NCBI GenBank assembly: GCA_963512175.1 | Contig: CAUPLI010000012.1 | Coordinates: 18,522 to 82,521, forward strand | Length of the DNA: 64,000 bases | Direction: 5' to 3' | Source of the DNA: an uncultured Hylemonella sp. | GTDB lineage: Bacteria; Pseudomonadota; Gammaproteobacteria; Burkholderiales; Burkholderiaceae_C | Shown: positions 1-9,757 of the stretch, in pieces | How the letters are laid out: each line of letters begins with the position of its first letter | Numbering within the stretch: position 1 is the stretch's first letter | The notes under the pieces: generated by a model | Database searches by the model: none | The model's input: the letters and a program-made list of their open reading frames with translations, nothing else | Told to the model about the DNA's origin: nothing | Translations under genes and position numbers: made by a program

Positions 1-1
1 C

Positions 2-268
2 GCGCTGGTGGTGGCCGGCCCCGCCGGGCTCACGCCCGGCCTGCTGGCGGTGCAGCTGGACATCAGCCCCAGCGCCCTCTCCTTTCACCTCAAGGAACTG
101 GTGCACGCCGGCCTGGCCAGCAGCGAGCCCGATGGCCGGCATCTGGTCTACCGCGCGGACTTCGCGCAGATGGATGCATTGCTGGCGTATCTGACGCGGC
201 ACTGCTGCCAGGGCGCCAGTTGCGACATCAAACCGGCAAGCCGCAAGGCCTGCGCACCTGCCGCATGA
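2..268 (+). CDS. arsR: ArsR/SmtB-family arsenic-responsive repressor (5' end cut by window edge)
   Basis: The ORF enters in frame from nt 2. It has a winged-HTH segment LAVQLDISPSALSFHLKELVHAGL and a C-terminal HCCQGASC cysteine cluster. Its TGA overlaps the next ATG (ATGA at 265-268). arsC and acr3 follow in the same operon. Confidence 0.85.
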   Translation, partial: ALVVAGPAGLTPGLLAVQLDISPSALSFHLKELVHAGLASSEPDGRHLVYRADFAQMDALLAYLTRHCCQGASCDIKPASRKACAPAA

Positions 269-1587
269 AGCTGGCCGACACCCTGAACCTCGAGTGCGCC
301 TGCCGCACGCTGGACGCGCAGCAGCTGCGCACCGAGCTGGAGACCACCCCGGCCCTGAGCGGCCTGGTCGATCAGCTCGCGCTGAGCCACCCGCACCTGT
401 TCGCCGCCACCGTCGTCTTCCTGGATCCGAAAACACGCGACGAGATCGCGCAGGCCGTGGCCGCGCTCGATCGCGTGTGTGCCCTGCCCGCCTGGCAGAA
501 GCACGCCCTTGCGGGCGCTGATGCCCAGACAAGCGAAGACCACGGGCCGCAGGGCGTGTTCATGGGCTACGACTTCCATCTCAGCGCCGAGGGGCCCCGG
601 CTGATCGAGATCAACACCAACGCGGGGGGCGCCTTCCTCAACGCGGCGCTCGCGCGGGCACACCGCGCCTGCTGCGGCGCCATGCCCGCTTTCATGGACC
701 CGAACGGCGAACTGGACCGGACCGAGGCCGTGATCGTGGACATGTTCCGCAGCGAATGGCAGGCCCAGCGCGGTGAGCGCCCCTGGCGCAATGTGCTGAT
801 CGTCGACGACGAGCCGCTGGCCCAGTACCTGGCACCCGAATTCACCCTGGCGCGCAACCTCTTTGCCGCGCAGGGCCTGCGGGCCGTGGTGTCCGATCCC
901 CGGGAACTGCAGTGGCGCGACGGTGCGCTGTGGCATCCGGCCCTGCCCGCAGACCAGCCGGTGGACCTGGTCTACAACCGCCTGACGGACTTTGCACTGG
1001 CCCAGCCCGAACACGCCGCCCTGCGCGCGGCCTGGGCCGCAGGCGCGGTCGTGCTCACCCCGCATCCGCGCGTCTACACCGTGGCCGCCGACAAGCGCCG
1101 CCTGATCGACCTGTCCGACCCGGCCCACCTCGAAGCACTGGGCGTGACCGCGGCCGACCGTGCCCGGCTCGCACGCGTGGTGCCAGCCACCGAGGCCGTC
1201 ACGGCCGAAGGCGCCGAAGCCCTGTGGGCACGCCGGCGCAGCCTGTTCTTCAAGCCCGCCACAGGCTTCGGCGCGCGCGCCGCCTACCGCGGCGACAAGC
1301 TCACCCAACGCGTGTGGCGCGAGATCGTCGCCGGTGACTACGTGGCCCAGGCCCTGGTGCCGCCCAGCGAGCGGCTGGTCAGCGTCAACGGCCAGGCCCA
1401 GCGCCTCAAGCTGGACCTGCGCGCCTACGCCTACCGGGGCCAGGTTCAACTGCTGGCCGCGCGCACCTGGTCCGGCCAGACCACGAACTTCCGCACCGAA
1501 GGCGGAGGTTTCTCGCCCGTCGTGGTGCTGCCCGATGCCCTCCAACCCGACGGCCCCGCCGTTTCCCTCTCTCCTGACGCCGCATGA
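265..1587 (+). CDS. Hypothetical ligase-like protein, glutathionylspermidine-synthetase/ATP-grasp-like (function tentative), member of the ars operon
   Basis: 440-aa ORF with the same GC3-rich codon usage as its neighbours. It has ATGA start/stop overlaps at both ends (265-268 and 1584-1587). FMGYDFHLSAEGPRLIEINTNAGG resembles the [20 protein letters not shown] segment of YgiC/GSP-synthetase-type ATP-grasp enzymes; this is recalled, not aligned. There is a CxC at nt 295-303 and a vicinal CC at nt 670-675. The confidence value refers to it being a real CDS; confidence in the function is much lower. Confidence 0.85.
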   Translation: MKLADTLNLECACRTLDAQQLRTELETTPALSGLVDQLALSHPHLFAATVVFLDPKTRDEIAQAVAALDRVCALPAWQKHALAGADAQTSEDHGPQGVFMGYDFHLSAEGPRLIEINTNAGGAFLNAALARAHRACCGAMPAFMDPNGELDRTEAVIVDMFRSEWQAQRGERPWRNVLIVDDEPLAQYLAPEFTLARNLFAAQGLRAVVSDPRELQWRDGALWHPALPADQPVDLVYNRLTDFALAQPEHAALRAAWAAGAVVLTPHPRVYTVAADKRRLIDLSDPAHLEALGVTAADRARLARVVPATEAVTAEGAEALWARRRSLFFKPATGFGARAAYRGDKLTQRVWREIVAGDYVAQALVPPSERLVSVNGQAQRLKLDLRAYAYRGQVQLLAARTWSGQTTNFRTEGGGFSPVVVLPDALQPDGPAVSLSPDAA

Positions 1588-2087
1588 ACTCACCTGCCCT
1601 GAACGTCCTCTTCCTCTGCACGCACAACTCGGCGCGCAGCATCCTGGCCGAAGCCACACTCAACCACATCGGCGGCGGCCGTTTCAAGGCGTATTCCGCC
1701 GGAAGCAGCCCGCGCGAGAACCAGCAGCCCAATCCCCTGGGCCTCAAGGCCCTTCAGTCTGTCGGCATCGACACCTCCGGCCTGCGCAGCAAGAGCTGGG
1801 ACGAGTTCGCCGGCGCGAACGCACCGCAGATGGACCTGATCATCACGGTCTGCGACAACGCCGCGGGTGAGGTCTGCCCGATCTGGCCCGGCCACCCGGC
1901 CACGGCCCACTGGGGTTATGCCGATCCGTCCGAGGTGCAGGGCAGCGAGGAACAGCGGCTGGAGGCCTTCCGCCAGACGCTGATGGCAATCCGCCGCCGC
2001 CTGGACCTGCTGGTCAACCTGCCGCCGGAGAAACTGGCGCGCCAGCTGATCCAGGGCACGGCCCGTGATCTGTCCGGGAAAGCCTGA
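1584..2087 (+). CDS. arsC: Arsenate reductase, low-molecular-weight phosphatase (thioredoxin-coupled) type
   Basis: N-terminal LFLCTHNSARS (CX5R P-loop of LMW-PTPase ArsC) plus downstream VCDNAAGEVCP cysteines. Start overlaps the upstream stop (ATGA). Confidence 0.93.
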   Translation: MNSPALNVLFLCTHNSARSILAEATLNHIGGGRFKAYSAGSSPRENQQPNPLGLKALQSVGIDTSGLRSKSWDEFAGANAPQMDLIITVCDNAAGEVCPIWPGHPATAHWGYADPSEVQGSEEQRLEAFRQTLMAIRRRLDLLVNLPPEKLARQLIQGTARDLSGKA

Positions 2088-2088
2088 G

Positions 2089-3165
2089 ATGAGTGCGCAG
2101 TGTGAAGTGACAGCCAAGCAGGCTGCGGGCGCCCCCATGAGCGTGTTCGAGCGCTACCTCACGGTCTGGGTCTTCCTGTGCATCGTGGCCGGCATCGCGC
2201 TGGGCCAACTGATGCCCGAACTGTTCCAGGCCATCGGCCGCATGGAACTGGCCCGGGTCAACCTGCCGGTGGGCGGGCTGATCTGGGTGATGATCATCCC
2301 CATGCTGGTCAAGGTGGACTTTGGCGCCTTGCACGAGGTGCGTCAGCACGTGAAGGGCATAGGCGTCACGCTCTTCGTGAACTGGCTGGTCAAGCCCTTT
2401 TCCATGGCCCTGCTGGGCTGGTTCTTCATCCGGTATCTGTTCGCGCCGCTGCTGCCGGCCGAGCAGATCGACAGCTACATCGCGGGCCTGATCCTGCTGG
2501 CCGCCGCGCCCTGCACGGCCATGGTCTTCGTCTGGAGCCGCCTGACCGGCGGCAACCCGCTGTTCACCCTGACGCAGGTGGCCGTGAACGACAGCATCAT
2601 GGTCTTCGCCTTCGCGCCGCTGGTGGCCCTGCTGCTGGGCCTGTCGGCCATCACCGTGCCCTGGGACACGCTGCTGACGTCGGTGGTGCTCTATATCGTG
2701 ATCCCGGTGATCCTCGCGCAGCTACTGCGCAGGCAATTGCTGGCGCGGGGACAGGCCGCCTTCGACGCGGCGATGCTCAAGATCGGCCCCTGGTCCATCG
2801 CAGCCCTGCTGGCCACGCTGGTGCTGCTCTTCGCCTTCCAGGGCGAGGCCATCCTGAAGCAGCCGCTGGTCATCGCCTTGCTGGCGGTGCCGATCCTGAT
2901 CCAGGTCTTCTTCAACGCCGGCCTGGCCTACTGGCTCAACCGCGCGGTTGGTGAAAAGCACGAGATCGCCTGCCCCTCGGCGCTGATCGGGGCCTCCAAC
3001 TTCTTCGAACTGGCCGTGGCCGCCGCCATCAGCCTGTTCGGCTTCAACTCCGGCGCCGCATTGGCCACCGTGGTCGGTGTGCTGATCGAGGTACCGGTGA
3101 TGCTGCTGGTGGTGCGCATCGTGAACCAGTCCAAGGGCTGGTACGAGCGCGGTACCACCGCCTGA
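2089..3165 (+). CDS. acr3: Arsenite efflux transporter, ACR3 family
   Basis: SVFERYLTVWVFLCIVAGIALG N-terminus and a polytopic membrane profile typical of ACR3. The ATG at 2089 lies 1 nt after the arsC stop. An alternative ATG at 2137 (MSVFERYL) is equally plausible. Confidence 0.9.
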   Translation: MSAQCEVTAKQAAGAPMSVFERYLTVWVFLCIVAGIALGQLMPELFQAIGRMELARVNLPVGGLIWVMIIPMLVKVDFGALHEVRQHVKGIGVTLFVNWLVKPFSMALLGWFFIRYLFAPLLPAEQIDSYIAGLILLAAAPCTAMVFVWSRLTGGNPLFTLTQVAVNDSIMVFAFAPLVALLLGLSAITVPWDTLLTSVVLYIVIPVILAQLLRRQLLARGQAAFDAAMLKIGPWSIAALLATLVLLFAFQGEAILKQPLVIALLAVPILIQVFFNAGLAYWLNRAVGEKHEIACPSALIGASNFFELAVAAAISLFGFNSGAALATVVGVLIEVPVMLLVVRIVNQSKGWYERGTTA

Positions 3166-3168
3166 ATA

Positions 3169-4500
3169 TCAGGCGCGCAGGGTGGCGGCCAGGCGCTCGG
3201 CGCAGGCCTGGGCCTGGGCCGCATCCCGCGCCTCCACCATCACGCGCACCAGCGGCTCGGTCCCGCTGGCGCGGATCAGCACGCGGCCGCTGTCGCCGAG
3301 TTCGGCTTCCACGGCTTTCGTTTCCGAAGCAAGCCGCGTGTTGGCCTTCCAGTCCTGCCCTGGCTGCAGGCGCACATTGATCAGGGTCTGCGGAAACAGC
3401 GTGACATCGGCCAGCAGCTGGGCCATGCTCTGGCCGCTGCGCACGCAGGTCTGCAGCACCTGCAGGGCCGAGACCAGGCCGTCCCCTGTGGTCTGCTTGT
3501 CCAGTGCCAGCAGGTGGCCCGAACCTTCGCCGCCCAGCAGCCATTTGTGTTTGTTCAGCTCTTCGAGCACGTAGCGGTCGCCGACTTTGGCGCGCACGAA
3601 CTGCACGCCGCGTTTCTTCAGCGCCACTTCCACCGCCATATTCGTCATCAGCGTACCCACCACACCGGGCACGTGCTCGTCGCGGCCCAGCCTGTCGTCC
3701 ACCATCAGGTAGAGCAGTTCGTCACCGTTGTACAGGCGGCCCGTGGCATCGACCATCATCAGGCGGTCGGCATCGCCATCCAAGGCCACACCGTAATCGG
3801 CGTGGTGGGCCTTGACCGCGGCCACCAGGGCTTGCGTGTGCGTGGCCCCGACCTCATGGTTGATGTTGAAACCATCCGGTGCGCAGCCGATGGCGATCAC
3901 CTCGGCGCCCAGTTCGTGAAAGACCTTGGGGGCGATCTGGTAGGCCGCACCGTGCGCGGCATCCACGACGATCTTCAGGCCCTTGAGCGTGAGGTCCGTC
4001 GAGAAAGTGCTTTTGCAGAGCTCGATGTAACGACCGGCCGCATCGTCGAGCCGGCGCGCACGGCCCAGGCTGGCCGAGTCCGCCCAGACCGGCGGCTCGT
4101 CCACCGCCGCTTCCACCGCCAGTTCCCACGCATCGGGGAGCTTGCTGCCCTGGGCACTGAAGAACTTGATGCCGTTGTCGGGATAGGCGTTGTGGCTGGC
4201 ACTGATGACCACGCCCAGGGAAGCGCGCTGCGCGCGCGTGAGGTAGGCCACCCCCGGTGTGGGCAGGGGGCCGAGCAGCACCACTTCCACGCCGGCGGAG
4301 TTGAAACCGGACTCCAGCGCACTTTCCAGCATGTAACCGGAAATACGGGTGTCCTTGCCAATCAACACCACGGGGCGCTCTTCCGTGCGCTTGAGCACTC
4401 GACCCACGGCATGGGCCAGGCGCAGCACGAAGTCGGGCGTGATGGGGGACTGCCCCACCGTGCCGCGGATGCCATCAGTGCCGAAGTATTTTCTGCTCAT
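3169..4500 (-). CDS. glmM: Phosphoglucosamine mutase
   Basis: [14 protein letters not shown]-terminus; active-site [11 protein letters not shown]; 443 aa; classic ftsH-folP-glmM linkage. Confidence 0.97.
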   Translation of the reverse strand: MSRKYFGTDGIRGTVGQSPITPDFVLRLAHAVGRVLKRTEERPVVLIGKDTRISGYMLESALESGFNSAGVEVVLLGPLPTPGVAYLTRAQRASLGVVISASHNAYPDNGIKFFSAQGSKLPDAWELAVEAAVDEPPVWADSASLGRARRLDDAAGRYIELCKSTFSTDLTLKGLKIVVDAAHGAAYQIAPKVFHELGAEVIAIGCAPDGFNINHEVGATHTQALVAAVKAHHADYGVALDGDADRLMMVDATGRLYNGDELLYLMVDDRLGRDEHVPGVVGTLMTNMAVEVALKKRGVQFVRAKVGDRYVLEELNKHKWLLGGEGSGHLLALDKQTTGDGLVSALQVLQTCVRSGQSMAQLLADVTLFPQTLINVRLQPGQDWKANTRLASETKAVEAELGDSGRVLIRASGTEPLVRVMVEARDAAQAQACAERLAATLRA

Positions 4501-4540
4501 GTTTCTGTCCCCTGGAATTCTGTCCGTTGTCGAACGCTAT

Positions 4541-5404
4541 TCATTTTATAGCGGCGAGGACCTGCAGCGCCTGCACGGTTTCCCGCACATCGTGCACGCG
4601 TACGATGGCCGCGCCCCGCTCCACCGCCAGCAACGCCGCCGCCACGCTGGGCGCCATACGCTCGTGCTGGCCGGCCGGTACCGGGCTGCCCGGTGGCAGG
4701 CCGGCCACGGCGCCCAGTGAAGACTTGCGCGACCAGCCGGCCAGCAGAGGATACCCGGCTGTCAGCAGCTCGCCCTGGCGCGCCAGCAGCGAAAAATTCT
4801 GCGCCACGGTCTTGCCGAAGCCGATGCCGGGATCGATCACGATGCGCTCCCTGGCCACCCCGAGTGATTGCAGCTCCTGGGCCGCCTGCTGCAGGAAGGC
4901 CAGCACGGCCGGCAGCACCTCGCCCTCCATGGGGCTGACCTGCATGGTGCGTGGCTCGCCGTGCATGTGCATGAGGCAGACGCCGCAATTCGGGTGATGG
5001 GCCACGACCTGCCTGCCGTCCAGCGGATCGGCCGCATCCAGCCAGCGCAGGGCCCAGATGTCGTTGACAATGTCGGCCCCCAGGTCCAGAACGGCCTGCA
5101 TGACCTGCGGTTTGTAGGTGTCGACCGATACCGGCACGCCGAGCTTGAGCGCCTCTTGCAACACTGGCAGCACGCGCGCCAGCTCTTCGTCCAGCGGCAC
5201 CTGCACGGCACCCGGGCGGGTCGATTCGCCACCGAGGTCCAGGATGTCAGCCCCGTCCTTGAGCAACTGCTCGCAATGGACCAGCGCGGCGCGTGTATCA
5301 GCGTGCCGGCCGCCGTCGGAGAAGGAATCCGGTGTGATGTTGACGATGCCCATGACCTGCGGTCTGGACAGGTCGATGGCGTAGCGGGTGGTCTGCCAGA
5401 TCAT
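4541..5404 (-). CDS. folP: Dihydropteroate synthase
   Basis: VMGIVNITPDSFSDGG and DILDLGGESTRPG motifs; 287 aa; lies between ftsH and glmM. Confidence 0.96.
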   Translation of the reverse strand: MIWQTTRYAIDLSRPQVMGIVNITPDSFSDGGRHADTRAALVHCEQLLKDGADILDLGGESTRPGAVQVPLDEELARVLPVLQEALKLGVPVSVDTYKPQVMQAVLDLGADIVNDIWALRWLDAADPLDGRQVVAHHPNCGVCLMHMHGEPRTMQVSPMEGEVLPAVLAFLQQAAQELQSLGVARERIVIDPGIGFGKTVAQNFSLLARQGELLTAGYPLLAGWSRKSSLGAVAGLPPGSPVPAGQHERMAPSVAAALLAVERGAAIVRVHDVRETVQALQVLAAIK

Positions 5405-5420
5405 GGGAAATCGGAAAGGA

Positions 5421-5451
5421 TCAAAACAAAACGGGGCACTGGGCCCCGTTT
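5421..5451 (-). terminator. Rho-independent terminator downstream of ftsH
   Basis: Minus-strand RNA reads ACGGGGC-CCAGU-GCCCCGU followed by UUUGUUUUGA. The 7-bp GC stem is at 5431-5437/5443-5449 and the U-tract corresponds to the plus-strand A-run at 5421-5430. Confidence 0.7.
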
Positions 5452-5467
5452 GTGATTATCGCGCCGA

Positions 5468-7384
5468 TCAGGCAGCGGTTGGTGAAGGATCAGTCTTGAC
5501 CGCCGGTGTGCCACCGGCATCACCACCGCCGGAATTCGGCGTGCGCGGCGTCCAGTCCTTCGGGGGACGGGGCTCCTTGCCGGCCATGATGTCGTCGAGC
5601 TGTTCGCCGTCGATGGTTTCCCACTCCAGCAAGGCCTTGGCCATGGCGTGCATCTTGTCGGAGTTGTCCTCGATCAGTTTGCGCGCCTGGGCGTACTGCT
5701 GGTCGATGATGCGACGCACTTCGGCGTCGACCTTCTGCATGGTCTGCTCGCTGATGCTGGTGGTCTTGGTCACGGAACGGCCCAGGAACACTTCGCCCTC
5801 GTTCTCGGCGTAGACCATGGGGCCCAGGGCGTCCGTCATGCCGTAGCGCATGACCATGTCGCGCGCGATGTGGGTGGCACGCTCGAAGTCGTTGGAAGCG
5901 CCGGTGGTCATCTGGTTCATGAACACTTCTTCGGCAATGCGGCCGCCGAAGAGCATGCTGATCTGGTTCAGCATGTACTCGCGGTCGTAGCTGTAGCGGT
6001 CCTTCTCGGGCAGGCTCATGGTCACGCCCAGGGCGCGGCCACGCGGAATGATGGTGACCTTGTGCACCGGATCGCACTTGGGCAGCATCTTGCCGATCAG
6101 GGCGTGGCCGGACTCGTGATAGGCCGTGTTGCGGCGCTCTTCCTCGGGCATGACCATGCTCTTGCGCTCGGGCCCCATGAGGATCTTGTCCTTGGCCTTC
6201 TCGAAGTCCTGCATCTCGACCACGCGCGCGTTGCGACGTGCGGCCATCAGCGCGGCCTCGTTGCACAGGTTGGCCAGATCGGCGCCGCTCATGCCGGGGG
6301 TGCCACGGGCAATGATGGCGGGGGCCACGTCCTGCCCGATCGGGATCTTGCGCATGTGCACGTTGAGGATCTGCTCACGGCCACGGATGTCGGGCAGCGT
6401 GACGTAGACCTGGCGGTCGAAACGGCCCGGGCGCAGCAAGGCAGCGTCCAGGATGTCAGGGCGGTTGGTGGCAGCCACCACGATCACGCCCAGGTTGGTC
6501 TCGAAGCCGTCCATCTCGACCAGCATCTGGTTGAGGGTCTGCTCGCGTTCGTCGTTGCCGCCGCCCAGGCCGGCGCCACGCTGACGGCCGACGGCGTCGA
6601 TTTCATCGATGAAGATGATGCAGGGTGCGTTTTTCTTGGCGTTCTCGAACATGTCGCGCACGCGGGCCGCGCCCACGCCGACGAACATTTCAACGAAATC
6701 GGAACCCGAGATGCTGAAGAAGGGCACCTTGGCCTCGCCGGCAATGCCCTTGGCCAGCAGCGTCTTGCCAGTGCCCGGGGGGCCGACCAGCAGCAGGCCG
6801 CGCGGAATGCGACCGCCCAGTTTCTGGAATTTCTGCGGGTCCTTCAGGAAGTCCACGACTTCCTTGACCTCTTCCTTGGCCTCGTCGCAACCGGCGACGT
6901 CGGCAAAGGTGACTTGGTTGTTGTTCTCGTCGAGCATGCGCGCCTTGCTCTTGCCGAAGCTGAAGGCGCCGCCCTTGCCGCCGCCCTGCATCTGGCGCAT
7001 GAAGTAGATCCAGACGCCGATCAGCAGCAGCATGGGACCCCAGCTGACCAGCAGGGTCATGAGCAGGGAGCCTTCCTCGCGGGGCTTGACGTCGAACTTG
7101 ACGCCATTGTTGATCAGGTCGCCGACCAGGCCGCGGTCCAGGTAGGTGGCGGTGGTGCGCACCTTGCGGTCGTCGGTGGTGGTGGCCAGGATTTCAGTGC
7201 CGCCGGGGCCTTCCTGGATCAGCGCGCTCTTGATGCGGTTGCTGCGCACTTCCTCCAGGAAATCGGAGTACCCCAGCGTGCCGGTCGCGGCGCCACTGCG
7301 GGTGTCGAACTGCTTGAACACCGTGAAGAGTACAAGCGCGATCACCAGCCAGACGGCGACTTTAGAAAACCACTGATTATTCAA
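5468..7384 (-). CDS. ftsH: ATP-dependent zinc metalloprotease FtsH
   Basis: Walker A GPPGTGKT, an SRH region, and zinc-site HESGHA. I place the start at the TTG at 7382-7384, giving [15 protein letters not shown], with GGAG 6 nt upstream. The ORF track's earlier TTG at 7396 is less likely. Confidence 0.96.
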   Translation of the reverse strand: MNNQWFSKVAVWLVIALVLFTVFKQFDTRSGAATGTLGYSDFLEEVRSNRIKSALIQEGPGGTEILATTTDDRKVRTTATYLDRGLVGDLINNGVKFDVKPREEGSLLMTLLVSWGPMLLLIGVWIYFMRQMQGGGKGGAFSFGKSKARMLDENNNQVTFADVAGCDEAKEEVKEVVDFLKDPQKFQKLGGRIPRGLLLVGPPGTGKTLLAKGIAGEAKVPFFSISGSDFVEMFVGVGAARVRDMFENAKKNAPCIIFIDEIDAVGRQRGAGLGGGNDEREQTLNQMLVEMDGFETNLGVIVVAATNRPDILDAALLRPGRFDRQVYVTLPDIRGREQILNVHMRKIPIGQDVAPAIIARGTPGMSGADLANLCNEAALMAARRNARVVEMQDFEKAKDKILMGPERKSMVMPEEERRNTAYHESGHALIGKMLPKCDPVHKVTIIPRGRALGVTMSLPEKDRYSYDREYMLNQISMLFGGRIAEEVFMNQMTTGASNDFERATHIARDMVMRYGMTDALGPMVYAENEGEVFLGRSVTKTTSISEQTMQKVDAEVRRIIDQQYAQARKLIEDNSDKMHAMAKALLEWETIDGEQLDDIMAGKEPRPPKDWTPRTPNSGGGDAGGTPAVKTDPSPTAA

Positions 7385-7549
7385 GTGCAGCTCCAATAGG
7401 GATGCCAGGGAAAAACATAGCTTGTAGCCATTTTAGGCGTTTCAAGCCTGCGCCCGATTGATTTTGCCTGCGACAGCCATTGATCATGGAGGGGATTTGG
7501 GGGCGATTTCACGCTTTACACGCCGCTCCTCTGCGCTACGGAGGAAAGA

Positions 7550-8218
7550 TCAGCCGGCCGCCACCGGCTTCAGACCCACGCCCACCAGGAAAGTTTCAGA
7601 CGAACGGTCGCGCGAAGCCTTGGGTTTGACGGGTTTGACGGTCTGGAAATTGGCCCGGAAATGCTGGATGATCTCTTCGTAACCCCGGCCATGGAAGACC
7701 TTGGCCACCAGGGCGCCCGAAGGCTTGAGATGGTGCTGGCAGAAATCAATCGCCAGCTCGATCAGGTGTTCCATCCGGGCGGCATCGGCCGAGGACACCC
7801 CCGAGAGGTTGGGGGCCATGTCCGAGACCACCACGTCCGCCTGGCGGCCCTGCAGCAGTTCTTCCAGCCGGGCCAGCACCTCGGGTTCGCCAAAGTCACC
7901 CTGGATGTACTGCACGCCCTCGATGGGTTCCATGGGCAGCAGGTCCAGGCCGATGATGGTGCCCTTGAGTTCACCCACCGCCGCCCCGCCGGGCGCCATG
8001 CGCCGGCGCAGGTACTGGCTCCAGGCGCCGGGGGCACAGCCCAGGTCCACCACCACCTGGCCGGGTTTGATCAGGCGCAGGGTTTCGTCGATTTCCTTGA
8101 GCTTGTAGGCCGCCCGCGCCCGATACCCTTCCTTCTGCGCCAGCTTGACGTAGGTATCGTTGACGTGGTCGTTGAGCCAGGCCTTGTTGACCTTCTTGCT
8201 CTTGGTGTTGACTTTCAT
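7550..8218 (-). CDS. rlmE: 23S rRNA (uridine2552-2'-O)-methyltransferase RlmE/FtsJ
   Basis: [29 protein letters not shown] and SAM motif [13 protein letters not shown]. Lies upstream of ftsH, as in many proteobacteria. Confidence 0.95.
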   Translation of the reverse strand: MKVNTKSKKVNKAWLNDHVNDTYVKLAQKEGYRARAAYKLKEIDETLRLIKPGQVVVDLGCAPGAWSQYLRRRMAPGGAAVGELKGTIIGLDLLPMEPIEGVQYIQGDFGEPEVLARLEELLQGRQADVVVSDMAPNLSGVSSADAARMEHLIELAIDFCQHHLKPSGALVAKVFHGRGYEEIIQHFRANFQTVKPVKPKASRDRSSETFLVGVGLKPVAAG

Positions 8219-8277
8219 TTCTTTCCTTCGGGACCGGACAGATGGCCGTATCCCAACAATCCAACGATAATACGGGC

Positions 8278-8751
8278 ATGCCCGCTATACAACTGACCCC
8301 TGCCGAACGCAAGGAATTCCGTGCCGAAGCCCATCACCTCGATCCCGTCGTGATGATCGGCAACGACGGCCTGACGGCCGCCGTCAAGAAGGAAACCGAC
8401 TCTGCCCTCAAGGCCCACGGCCTGATCAAGGTGCGCGTCTTCTCGGACGACCGCGCCGCACGCGAAACCATCTTCCAGACCCTGGCCGAGGAGCTCAGCG
8501 CGGCGCCCATCCAGCACATCGGCAAGCTGCTGGTGCTCTGGCGTCCCAAGCCGGAGAAAGAGCGTACCGAGGACGAGGACCGCATGCCCGGTCCGCGCGA
8601 CGTCAAGGTCCTCAAGTTCAGCAAACGCGGCGGTCAGCGCCCCGAAGTCCAGGTGTTGCGCGTGCTGGGCAACCAGCGCCTGACGCCCGGTGGCAAGGTC
8701 AAACGGGCCAAGCCCAAACAGACCAGCGTCAAGAAACGCAGCCAGACTTGA
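8278..8751 (+). CDS. yhbY: YhbY/CRS1-family RNA-binding protein with a basic C-terminal extension
   Basis: [28 protein letters not shown]...LIKVRV matches the YhbY fold pattern. Divergent from rlmE, as in E. coli. An alternative ATG at 8242 cannot be excluded. Confidence 0.85.
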   Translation: MPAIQLTPAERKEFRAEAHHLDPVVMIGNDGLTAAVKKETDSALKAHGLIKVRVFSDDRAARETIFQTLAEELSAAPIQHIGKLLVLWRPKPEKERTEDEDRMPGPRDVKVLKFSKRGGQRPEVQVLRVLGNQRLTPGGKVKRAKPKQTSVKKRSQT

Positions 8752-8760
8752 GACCTGCCC

Positions 8761-9183
8761 TCAGGTCTGGCGGCCCAGACGCCAGAAGGTGATGGCGGCA
8801 CAGGCCCACTGCAAAAAATACATCCCGCTGCCGACCCGGTGCCAGAGCGCCAGGTTCTCCCGCGCCACGATGCGCGGCGCCACCGCGAACTCCACCAGCA
8901 GGGCCAGCAGCAGGCCACCGACGATGAACAGTTGCGTGGTCTGCAGGTCACTGACGACCACCTCGCCCTCCCGAGGCCTGGGTTGCAGCAGCAGGAGCAG
9001 CATGGCGCAGACCACCGAAACCCAGGTCTGTACGCTGAAGAGTTTTGCCGCCATGGCACCGGCCGCGGCCGGACTGGGCAGGTACACAAAAAGCAGGGGC
9101 ACCACCAGGAAGCCGATGGTCGTCAGGCTACCCCACCAGAGCGCGGCGGCCCACAAGGGCAGATGGTCGCGCATTGTGCGCAT
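8761..9183 (-). CDS. Small integral membrane protein (DUF4149-like, tentative)
   Basis: About 140 aa with four hydrophobic helices (LWAAALWWGSLTTIGFLVVPLLF...). The ATG at 9181-9183 is preferred over the TTG at 9192; an ATG at 9174 is also possible. Lies 8-17 nt downstream of greA. Confidence 0.7.
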   Translation of the reverse strand: MRTMRDHLPLWAAALWWGSLTTIGFLVVPLLFVYLPSPAAAGAMAAKLFSVQTWVSVVCAMLLLLLQPRPREGEVVVSDLQTTQLFIVGGLLLALLVEFAVAPRIVARENLALWHRVGSGMYFLQWACAAITFWRLGRQT

Positions 9184-9200
9184 GCGCCGCAATCCGTCTT

Positions 9201-9677
9201 TCAGCGGTAGCTGACGCCCACGATCTCGTAGCGCTTGATGCCGCCCGGCGCCTGCACCTCGGCCGTGTCGCCCTCCTCCTTGCCGATCAGGGCACGGGCG
9301 ATGGGGCTGCCGACGTTGATGAGGCCCAGCTTGAGATCGGCCTCGTCCTCGCCCACGATCTGGTAGGTCACCGCGTCACCGGTGGATTCATCTTCCAGTT
9401 TCACAGTGGCGCCGAACACCACCTTGCCACCGGCATCGATAGAGGTCGGGTCGATGACCTGGGAGGCTGAGAGCTTGCTCTCGATTTCCTGGATGCGGCC
9501 TTCGATGAAGCCCTGGCGGTCCTTGGCGGCATCGTATTCGGCGTTCTCGCTCAGGTCACCCTGGGCGCGCGCTTCGGCGATGGCATTGATCACCCCAGGG
9601 CGATCCACCGTCTTGAGACGGTGCAGTTCGGCCTTGAGCTTCTCGGCGCCGCGGGTCGTGATCGGAATGGTAGCCAT
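9201..9677 (-). CDS. greA: Transcription elongation factor GreA
   Basis: MATIPITTRGAEKLKAELHRLK...DLSENAEYDAAKDRQGFIEGRI; 158 aa. The longer ORF to 10022 is an upstream read-through artefact. Confidence 0.96.
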   Translation of the reverse strand: MATIPITTRGAEKLKAELHRLKTVDRPGVINAIAEARAQGDLSENAEYDAAKDRQGFIEGRIQEIESKLSASQVIDPTSIDAGGKVVFGATVKLEDESTGDAVTYQIVGEDEADLKLGLINVGSPIARALIGKEEGDTAEVQAPGGIKRYEIVGVSYR

Positions 9678-9700
9678 GTCTCTGGAGTTCTGTAGGGGTA

Positions 9701-9742
9701 AAAGTAACAGGGGCAGACCGGCGCGTGGCGCGGGCCTGCCCC
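9701..9742 (-). terminator. Possible terminator/attenuator hairpin between carB and greA
   Basis: Minus strand has GGGGCAG (9736-9742) and CTGCCCC (9710-9716), a 7-bp stem with a large GC-rich loop, followed by UGUUACUUUUA. The large loop makes this uncertain. Confidence 0.35.
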
Positions 9743-9757
9743 CGAAGGTTCGGAAGA

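Noticed and set aside
1-3168. The ars cluster as a mobile genomic island inserted next to glmM.
   Set aside because: There is no integrase, transposase, flanking direct repeat or compositional break visible inside the window. The left boundary lies outside the window, so the question cannot be decided here.
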